A program made the position numbers and the translations under genes. The notes beneath the pieces are model-generated. The model searched no databases. It was not told where the DNA came from and was given only the letters and a program-made list of their open reading frames with translations. A DNA stretch of 64,000 bases from Takakia lepidozioides (lineage: Eukaryota > Plantae > Bryophyta), in the NCBI GenBank assembly GCA_030704615.1, contig CM060732.1, positions 15,252,001 to 15,316,000 on the forward strand. The letters run 5' to 3'. The first letter of the stretch is position 1. Every line of letters begins with the position of its first letter. Shown one piece after another: positions 24,701 through 34,692 of the stretch.

Positions 24701-27700
24701 GAATGTGGATATGTTCTTTGTAACAACACTCAAGAACTCCCTGATCCCTTTGGCTCTTTCTCCATCCTTGTGCTAGGCCATGTAGCAGCAGCATAATAGA
24801 GTATATGTGTACACCTTCTACATGATCCGGTCAATGTACATTGCTCTCTTGGCTGGTCTACTGTAGCCAATGCCTTCTATCAGCATGAGAAACCTGAAAA
24901 TGAAAGGCTTGAGGATTTTTTTTCTCTCTCTCTCTTTCCTTTGTTGCTAAGATCTTTATAGACAGCATTCAAGAATTGCCTGATCCCGTTATTCTGTTCA
25001 GATTTTTTTGTCTAGAACGGAACAGGAAATTGGATAATGACTCATTAGGGTTCACCCTTGAGGTCTTAACCTAAAGCTGCTGCCCTATATGGTTAGTAAG
25101 CTTGGCCACTCTTCTCATTTGGACTACACTATGGCTACAAGCAAGGTATCCATTCAGACTCCTTCAACACTGTGATGGGCTGCTTAGTATGGCAACACAA
25201 AGAGAGTTGACACTATGAGGAACTTACATGGACTTGACTAAGCTCTACTCTGAGTCTAGGAACACTTGTGCAAAACCAAGGGCCTCTATATGGGTCCTTG
25301 CTTGAGTACTTAGTCTCCCTTTTTGGGAATAGGTGCTTGTTGTCACGCATACTTACATGGATTTGATTAAGCTCTACTTTGATTCTAAGAATACTTTTGC
25401 AAACCAAAGACCTCTATGTGTCCCCTTGCTTGAGAACTTGGCTCTAGTGACACCTTCCTTTTGGGAATGGGTGCTTACTGACATGAGACCACCCCCCCTC
25501 CCTCTGGAGCATGGGCTGAAATAGGTGCTACTGATCTGTGTACCTATGTTGACTGAAATGACTGAAGGACCTCCCTTACCTCTCCTCTCTTTGCTAGTAT
25601 GACCTGTTGCAGGGATGACATTGATAATAAATGTGAAGGGGTTTAAGCCTGGGGGTCCACAGGGATCACTAACCTGTTGGTTGGTTGGTTGGCTGTGATG
25701 GATCCAGGTGATGCCATTTCACCTTCTTTTGTTGCAGGAAATGCTATTATGGGCAAGAGACTAAGGGAGTGAGGCTTTGAGCTCTCTCAAACCTCAAATA
25801 TGTTTGTATGTGTTGATTATGTACACATACTGTACACGGTCTGTTTGGTTTGATGGATCTACCTACATGGAAAGGAGTTGTGTTTAATGGGACACTTGTG
25901 CTCTTCCTACTACTACTGTCGCTTCTTATAGTATGAAAATGAGGAGGCAGATCTGCTCCTTAGAAGGGCCTACCTGGTGTCCATCCGATTGCCACTTTGT
26001 AGATGACACAGTGTGGAGAGACGGTCTATGGCTCCGACTCTGGTCATGTGGGATCAAGGGAAAGACGTGGAGAGTTGTCCATAACTTGTATCTCACACCA
26101 AAAGTTTTGTCACTGTTAATGGACAGAAGTCTAACTTCTTTGAGTTAGACCAAGGTGTAGCTCAAGGATGTACCTGTGGGTGATGCCACCATACCAGCCC
26201 TTATGTTTGCGGATGACTTGGCAGGCATAGGGGAGACTCCTTCCAATCTCCAGGAGTTGATTGATTGCGCGAAGAGATACTTTACCTTTGGGTGCTAGAG
26301 GCTAACGTCAGTAAATGTGCAGTGGTGGCATTCAACGACCAAGGAGAGGGAGGAGGTGATCTCAAGTGGCAGTGGGGAAGCCAAGAGATTCTGGTCCTCC
26401 CTTCCTACACATACCTCAGCGTTGAGTTTTCCTCCCAACTGTAATTGGGATGCACATATTCAGAAAGTTGTTCAAACTGGCAAGCGCAAAGCACTGGCCC
26501 CTCACTAACTGCAGAGGGATCAACTCTGAGGTAAAAAAAACCATGCTTTGTCGCGTTATGAGACCTGCCTTGGAGTACGCGTCTGCAATATGGGTTGATA
26601 ACTCCAACCAGGCTTAGTCTCTAGAATCCATTCAAGTGGGGGTGCTTAAGGAGGTCAGCATGCTCCAAAACAGCGAGTTTGGCATCCCTTCCTTAAGCTC
26701 CCGACGAGATGAATTCAAGGTCAGATGGTGGGGTCAGCTGCAATATTTCTCAACATCAGACATCCTAAGTTAATCGACTCTATATCTTGGAAGCAGGATT
26801 GCCCTGTCAAACAGGCTAAGTCCTGGCAGAAGAGAGTAGAAGAGATTCTCAAGGATCTGAATCTTAGCCTGCAAGTCTTGACCCTGCTGGATAAATCTGA
26901 CTTAGAGGCTGTAGTGTCCAAAGCCATGTCTGTTACCAGGAAATTGTCTGATGAAATGGAGTTAGGCAGAAAACTCCCCTGAACTTGTTTCCAGTCTGTG
27001 ACATGGGGTAGGACATTACGGATGACCTCAAGGGTCTCGGCAGTAGACTGAAATTTAAACTCAGGGCGGGAAGCCTACCTTTGAACAGCAAACAGAAGCA
27101 GAGAGGAACAGGAGAGTGCAATTGCCCGTTGTGTGGGCAACCTGAAGACAATATTCATTTTCTGATTCATTGTCCGTGGTTCTCTCACCAGAGAGACGCT
27201 CTCTTCAAATATATCAAGGGAATTGTGCCTGTACCTCTCTTTACCAACTTTGAAAGTCTCGAGGCTGAGCCAAAAGCCCAGGCCCTTTTGGGGCCTAGTT
27301 ATGGGCAAACCACACACAGCAGGTTGATGCTTGTGTAAAGGGATTTCTAGAGGATATCTGGAAAACCCGATCAATTGTTTATTCCACGGTAAGTCTTACG
27401 ACCGGCGTCAGCCCCTGACAAAGGTAGGTTCTGTCCCTTTGTGTTCTGCTCAAACTGGGCGCGGGGTCAATGGCCACAAGGCTACGGCATATAACGTCTT
27501 ATGTACATTCTCTCTCTCTCTCTCTCACCTTCTGGGTGTCTTTTCTGCTGCTCTATTCTGGGGTGTTTGTCCCTAATCTCCTATGCTACGTATTCTCAGC
27601 AACGTCATGATTGTTAAAGTGTGGCAGTAAAAAGTCGAGGGAAGGTTGTCCTAATTCTTGGCAGGATGCATTGGGGGCGTTATGCTGTAAATATGGACAC

Positions 27701-29254
27701 AAAAAATCAAAGTGCTCTACGCATCCATGGAGACTTTTAGGTGGGCACGGAAGAGTTTTGCTGTGCTCACAAAGGCTCTCCATACATCTTTACTGTCGGA
27801 AGTCTCCAGGTTGATTTGGCGAGGAAATGTTGTATTGGCATGTCTGCAGTTCTCTAAGCCATGACCTTTTGTGTGGGCAGTTCTTCCTGGCCAGCACTCC
27901 AAATGATGGGTACAAGAGAGAAGAAGTGTTGCATGTGTGTGTGAGAGAGAGAAAGCTAGTCCTTCAGGAAATGAACTAAATCAATTGATTGTTTCATGGG
28001 GAGAGCTTGGAGCAGGTGATGACTCCTTTGTTGACAGCTAAGCTGGCAGGACAGTTTGTTGCCGTTGACGCTTCTGCTCTTCTTTCATCTACACTGCAGG
28101 TCAGCAAGGAAGGTTTTCTCTCTCCCTCTTCATCTCTCTTTCAGGCCAGCATGCCTGTTAATATCTTCCTTTCTGTGGCTGGGGAACAGTCAAGAGCTCA
28201 AGATAAGCTGTATGTATGAGTACAGCTTGTGCGTTGAAACTCATGCTAGCTACTTGGTGTCCTGACTGTTAGTTTTCTGCTCCAGTTGCCTGTAGATTCC
28301 TTCTAAGTCATCCATGTTGAGCTACTGCCAATTTCTAGCAAACTTAAGCCTCAAATTCTGGAGGTTGCAGTGTATTTGTGGCAGTATCCTGTCAACTATC
28401 TACTCTCTGATATATGCATGACCACTTTGATGCAGGTGGTTCTCCTGCCTGTTCTGGGAGGGGCACTAATGGCTCAATACTTACCAGGCGTGGTAAGTCG
28501 GGTGTCCCCATTTGCACCCTCCATAGCTGTCCTGACCGTGGCCATGATATGTGGGGGGGCCATTGCCCAGAATGCCTCAGCTATTCTGTCCTCTGGAGGG
28601 CAAGTTTTTTTGGCAGTGGTTGCTCTCCACACCACAGGGTTTTTTGGGGGATACATGCTTTCACGAGTGCTTGGTTTCGAGGAGTCCACATCACGCACCA
28701 TCTCCATTGAAGTCGGCATGCAGGCATGCTCCATTGTCTGTTCTGGCTTGTGTATTTGTGGTTCTTTTCGAAATTGACTGGAAGGTTATTCCTGGAAGAA
28801 ATTGTATGCTTTTTAATATCTGAACGTTTCATGAGCTGCAATTCTAGTGTACATGTTGGTAAGGTTCTTCTTTTTATATTTGTGTGATCATCGGTTATCC
28901 TTCTAAAGCCATAATAGACTGTCTACATGACAGTTGAGCATTTGCCTTTCTGACACAAGGCGTTTAGAAGTTGCAGCTATTGAATTCCACATGGCAATAG
29001 TAGGTATATTTCTCTTCTCTCAAGGGGTCCACTAAGTTACAATCACTTCTGGTGGATGCCTGCAGAATTCAGTGCTGGGAGTAGTCCTTGCTGGGCAGCA
29101 TTTTGGAAACCCCTTAACAGCTGTTCCATGTGCAGTCTCGAGTGCGTGTCATTCCATGATTGGAAGTGTACTAGCTGGGCTATGGCGATTTCGCCCAGCC
29201 AAGTCCAAAGCAGGTGACAATGGCATCTGGCCAAGCAACTTCGACTTCTGCTGA
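21866..29254 (+). CDS. BASS1: Plastid sodium/metabolite cotransporter BASS1 (bile acid:sodium symporter family), 8 exons, about 481 aa
   Basis: Exons 21866-22478, 22686-22774, 22993-23086, 23418-23451, 23958-24012, 28016-28099, 28436-28723 and 29066-29254 splice in frame (1446 nt). Ser-rich transit-peptide-like N-terminus. Motifs [40 protein letters not shown] and [33 protein letters not shown] (BASS1-type rather than BASS2-type). Confidence 0.92.
24034..24668 (+). mobile_element. LINE copy 3 (3' 635 bp) inserted in a (CT)n tract at the start of BASS1 intron 5
   Basis: Nearly identical to the 3' part of copy 1, with the CPLC...HFLIHC motif and the family 3' terminus. (CT)n on both sides (about 24019-24035 and 24669-24696). 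Confidence 0.93.
26003..27507 (+). mobile_element. LINE copy 4, 5'-truncated with several small deletions, in BASS1 intron 5
   Basis: Starts at ATGACACAGTGTGGAGAG, contains the RT FADD region and the C-terminal CCHC motif, ends in the family 3' terminus followed by (TC)n. Confidence 0.92.
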
Positions 29255-29949
29255 TGCTATCATGAAAATTATGCAGAATTCAATGCCTTTTGCCTATGAT
29301 GTAGTATCAACCTGCCATCTCTATGTTCTTGGCTATCAAAGCTGTCGAAGGCCGGCAGGCGATGCATTATGATACCATGTCCACAGCAGTAACTCTGAAG
29401 CCAACTGTGGAACCAACTCTGAAGCGATGTCCGCGTGAATTATAGCTACTAGGATCATTTTATGGGGGACACGTCCCATTCTACTGTCAGGTGAGACCTC
29501 CAGTTTCTGTTGTGTTTAAGATTGTAGAGATATTCTGAAGCATGGTTCAGAAACAGTTCAAAACGGCATAATATTGCACCCGAAAGCCAATACATGAAAT
29601 AAAATATGCCAAATGAAAAGTGTTTTAAAGTCAAGAATCTTATTCTTAAACAAATATATATGACTGAAAGATAAAGGAAACCTTTGTGCAGACCTCTGTT
29701 CACCTTTGCTTTGCGACATTGACTTAGTTATTTGCTGACGGGGAGGTTTCCCCTTGCCTCCAGGGCGCGTGTGGTTATTTTTCCCACGCTCTTTCAATTT
29801 ATTGTTGGGTTCATGTTGTAAAGCCAGATTCTCGCACAAGAGGTTATTCCCCTTCCTCTACGATTTCGAGCTTGAATAGGGATGATAGCTCAGTAGAGCG
29901 GGCTAGCGAGGAAGAAAGGATCTATCAATGAGGACTCCAAAATCTCACA

Positions 29950-31790
29950 TAAAACATTCCAGTTCATCCGCCTTGATCACGTTCATCCACAGTACATGCA
30001 CATATGATTAACATCAAAGTACACTGGTCGCTTTAGGCTTCCAGCTTGCTGCTTTATATAATCCCTGACCGTAATCACAATAGCCAGCTTGGCTTCCTTT
30101 GATTGGTTTCCCAAATCTTATCCAAGTGCCCATCCAGTTCAGATGGCATGCTGTTTGATTATAGATAAGCTAGTTGTTTATGTGAGGACAATTTATTTCA
30201 TTCATCACTGCGGGTATAATGCTTGGCCTGAACCACCTACGCAATCTGAACATTATGTTTAGCAGTTTCTAGCAAACTACACCTATGAGTAGTGAGTTGA
30301 GCAAGAAAGACATCCCACACCACGGGTTCTTGTACCTGAGCCTAAAGAACTGGAACATGCAAAGGTGTATGAGGCTTGCAGCCATAGAGTAGTTCAAATG
30401 GAGAGAGGCGAGTGCTAGCAATGACAAAGGTTCTGTAAGCAAAGATTAGTATAGGCATCGTAATATCCCACTCCTCGGTCAAGGCACCATTCTTCTCCAT
30501 GAGCTGGCACATAGTATTGCATTGGGCGTTGTATGGGGCAGTCAATCAATGCTTGATGCCCATGTTCAAACATACAACCTCCTTGATTGCAGAATTCGGT
30601 ACCTTGGTCAATGAGGGTTTCAGCAGGGCAACCATGGCGTAGGATGATTCCATCAAAAAAGAACTGAACCACTTCATCGTTCTCCTTAGCGACCAATGGT
30701 CGAATTTCAACCCACAGGTAGTCAGTAGCCATAGTGTAACTATTGCCCTTGGTCGTGGGGCTCAAAGGTCCAACTAAATCAAGACCAACCCCGGCAAAAG
30801 GTTCAGTGACAGGGATTGGCTGTAAGGGAAGAGGAGCTTGGGTTCTAGGCAGCGAAGTTTTCAACTTACAGGGAACACACTTATCAATGAAATCGGATAC
30901 TTCTTTGTCAGGCTTTTCCAGTGATACTTCTCTTGCAATCGCATGACAGTTTTAGAGACTCCCAAATGACCAGCTCCGAAGTAACCCATGAAACATCTTT
31001 GTAGCTAGAGGAAGAGAAAGCAAAAGCAATTTTCGTAGTAGCGGCGAGCGGAAATGGGAGTAGCCTAAACTGTGAGGATGGGGTTGTGGGAGAGCGATAC
31101 GCGAAAGGCATATGCCACCACATGCTCATTCCCGTCATGCTTTTGACACATGATAGCTGACACAGCCAAATCAGAGGCATCAGTTTGCAAGATGAAGGAC
31201 TGGGTAAAATCCGGAAAGATCTGGATAGGAGCACTCGTCAGGGCAATCTTAAGTTTCTCAAAAGTAGAAGCTTCTGGGGCCCCCCATATGAACCTTACAT
31301 CTTTGCACAACAACCTTTTCAAAGCAATAGCGATTTTGGCAAAGTGCTTAATGAACCAACGATAGTAAGAGGCCAAACCAAGAAAGGCACGAACACAGTT
31401 TTTGTCCCTGGGAGGGAGATGCTCCCAGACTACCTTTACCTTAGCATGGTCAAGACTGATGCCAGCAGCAGATAACACATGACCCAGAAAGTGAAGCTTT
31501 GTTATACAGAGATCACATTTCTTCGCTTCACTTTGAGCCCAGCACCTTTCAGTCCGCACAGAACTTGCTTAAGATCCAGCATGTGAGAATCAAAATTAGG
31601 GGAATAAACATTGATATCATCCACATACACCAAGGCACAGTCCTAGTGTAAGTTTCCTAGTACAACATCCATGAGACGTTAAAAGGTAGCAGTAGCATTA
31701 CAGAGACCAAAATGCATGGTTTTGAACTGAAAGAGGCTCATTTTACACATGAAGGCTGTTTTCTGTTTGGCAAAATCAGTAAGTTGGACC
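29950..31790 (-). mobile_element. Degraded Ty3/Gypsy pol fragment (RT-RNaseH-integrase)
   Basis: KTAF...FGLCNA...LVYVDDI; FLGLASYYR; FILQTDAS; GHLG...C..C integrase zinc finger; VGLDLVGP; DQGTEF; SPFELLYG. Many stops. Cut off inside RT at 31790. Confidence 0.9.
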
Positions 31791-31992
31791 GGGGAATGCT
31801 AGACCGTGAGTAGCTCACATAAGCAAAATATTCCATGAGCAAAAAAATGCTCACGTTTCCAGGGTGACCTTGAAAGCATAGGGCCTATTATCGCGGATAC
31901 TACAGCTACAGAGGGCCTATTATCGCGGATAGTAGTTGTGAAAAGCAGGCCAAAGTCCAAATTACTGGCTGCAGAAGAAGTCCATAAATGGG

Positions 31993-32043
31993 ACCCTAAA
32001 CCCTAAGACCCTAAAATCCTAAACCCAAAATCCCAAAACCCTC
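31993..32043 (+). repeat. Degenerate plant telomere-like (CCCTAAA)n tract
   Basis: ACCCTAAACCCTAAGACCCTAAAATCCTAAACCCAAAATCCCAAAACCCT. Confidence 0.6.
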
Positions 32044-32579
32044 AATGGAAGTAGAGTACATGAAGACTTTGTGCACGGCATGGACATTCAACAAACGTCA
32101 AAATTGACACTGGGTGCGGATGTTGCATGAGCGGTGAGCATGAGCATGAGCGGATTTTAGCATGAGCAGAGCACATTCCAGAGAATATTCCCTGATTTTG
32201 GACTTAAAAAATGTACAATTCGCCCGCTTTTCATGCAAAAAAGTGCTCGTGCGTGAACATACTAGTGGGTAAACATTAGGTTCGGATTCGATACGATAGG
32301 TTCGGCAGTTGCCGAACCTATATAGTCGGTGCCGATTACAGGATGCCGGAATTTCCATCGCGGAAATAGGTCGTGGGGAATTGGGCCGCAGGAATAGGCA
32401 GTCATATGAATAAAAAACCATTTTTTGAACGAGCTGTGGCCCGATAGGAAAGCGATGACGTGGAGATTAAAGGCACGTGTGGTTTTTCATTCCCTTGGAC
32501 CATTTGCTTTGGTGGTGAAGGTGAAGTCGGGACCGACTACACCATTTCGGGGATTTACGTTTAGTGGTGACCGAGGACT

Positions 32580-33166
32580 ATGGACAATGATGTAGGAACC
32601 AACAATGATCCCGTGCAACAATCGGACAGCGAAAGGCCTCCATCCCCTGAGCAGCGGCAAATTCCCAACGATGATGTGGCTCCGAAGACGGACAATGCTG
32701 CAGGGGAAACTAGCAGCGCACCGGTGGAATCTGACGACGACAGGCCTCAGTCCCCTCAGTTGCTTTGTTTTTCGCATTTCGACGAAGCTATCAGCGATAG
32801 CCTTGTATTTTATGCAAATGGAGTTTCTTGGTGGGTTTTTATGGATTCGGACTCGTCGAAGCATCCGAGGACGAAGATGCAGGTGCAGAGTATCGTATAC
32901 ATGCCTTTGAGGAACCGGACATTGCCGGGGATGACGAATTGCATTGGATTGCTGCTTCCATGGAGGTCTTCAACATAGAAGCTCCAGAGTTTGTTGTGCC
33001 GCCGGGAGCACACGCAATAGAGTCGTGCAGTATCTGCCTCCAATGTGTCCAAGCTAGAGAATGTATGCGCACGGTGACAATCTGCGCACACTGATTCCAT
33101 AGTGCATGCATTCAGACTTGGGTTCAACACAATGGCACATGCCCGCTTTGCCGCCACAGGTTCTAA
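32580..33166 (+). pseudogene. Acidic protein with C-terminal RING-H2 finger (E3 ligase-like), disrupted
   Basis: Reading through TGA at 33092-33094 gives CSICLQ...ICAH*FHSACIQTWVQHNGTCPLCR, a C3H2C3 pattern. A frameshift near 32825 joins it to the ATG at 32580. Confidence 0.82.
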
Positions 33167-34692
33167 GAGAAAACATGGGCATTTTGATTTTCAATCTTCT
33201 TTCCGCATGCCTGTTTGTGGACTAAGTAAACTGCTTCCCATTTCCGCAATAAAGTTTGGCATCACGTTTTTTCTCCCCTGGATTTGTTCTTTTCTCCAAA
33301 GTACCATCTGATTTCATTTCTGTGCATAATATTCATTTTCTTCTACAAGGTCGAACACCTTTCCCCTAACGGTGTATCTACAAATGATCACCACGAGGAA
33401 CATCATTGGGAGATACTCAAATCGATCATCTTTCACGAAGACTTAAACAAATTGCCGCATACGCAATGTAAATGCATAACATTACGAAGTCCGCATCGAC
33501 TTCAACTTCTCCATGTGATAGTACAAATGATTTTTCGTTACAGTGTCAAGGGCGAACAAAATGTGACGTTAGATTTTTTACGTTTCATTATACCTTGAAG
33601 TCGGTGCCGACTTTACGGTTTCAAATGCATGACATGCTGCATCTCATATTAAACAGTAAATCGTAAAGGAACAGCTTTGCTGGATCATACAATGTCAACG
33701 GTCAAGTGAGTATATCCAGTGAGCATGTAGAAAGTATACGTCGAACAGTGCATAATCGGCATCGACTTCAACCTCAAAGAGACATATGGTCCCATGTTCA
33801 GCTGTAATAGAAGCAATTGTATACGTCGAACAATATACGGCCATGCGAGTACCGGGTGAACCCTAAATATAACGTTGCACAATGCATGGATATGGCATTA
33901 AAGAAACGTTGTTAAACATTTTCAACTCGTACGGGCTCTACGGTTTTCTCAAGAAAGGTAATGCACAGATGCAAAATAGACATTGGAAATTGCGTAGCAA
34001 TCACCGGCTTCATTCGCAAATTCACATCTTGGGTGAAGTGCGTGAAGGATGTCAAAATCCTCAATATGGAGGTCGCCCACTGTATAGTCGGCACCGACTA
34101 CAACCAGGTAATGTGGATGAAATAAACATTATTTGAGGCACTTCGAAGCATATCAATTGTACACATAAGTTCTTCCTTTAAATGACAAAAAGTCCACTCA
34201 CATGAGCTACTGGTGTGCACTTACTCCATATTTAATGGAAAGTCAATGGGAAGTGCTTTTAAACGTACGTTACGTCTTCAGATCATGCTCAACGAAGGTA
34301 TTGTTCAAATTTGGAACCCATAACAAAAACAATGCATATTCCGGAATGACCTCAACGGTTGCAAGTATTTGAACTTGATTCTTAATTGTCAAAAATCAAA
34401 AATACGGAATGACAATCATTGTGGTTGTATGCCAAAACCATGTGTTGTGGTCATGTGATATGCTCGTAAGCGGAACAAGTACACTTATAGGACATGGTCA
34501 TGTTTCCCAAAAGCAATTCAAAGAAACGTAGAATAATCGTTAAAGGCGATCATGTGGAAGGCTCAATAGTTATACGGTCATGCCGAGTATGCGAATGTCC
34601 TCATAGAGTACTGATTTCCAAATGTCTTTATAAGTAAAGCTACTCTTCCATCGGTTGCCCGACCTCATCAGCATATTCCATAGCTATATGAT

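Noticed and set aside
25222-25470. About 129-bp diverged tandem duplication in BASS1 intron 5
   Set aside because: Two-copy local duplication with no further structure.
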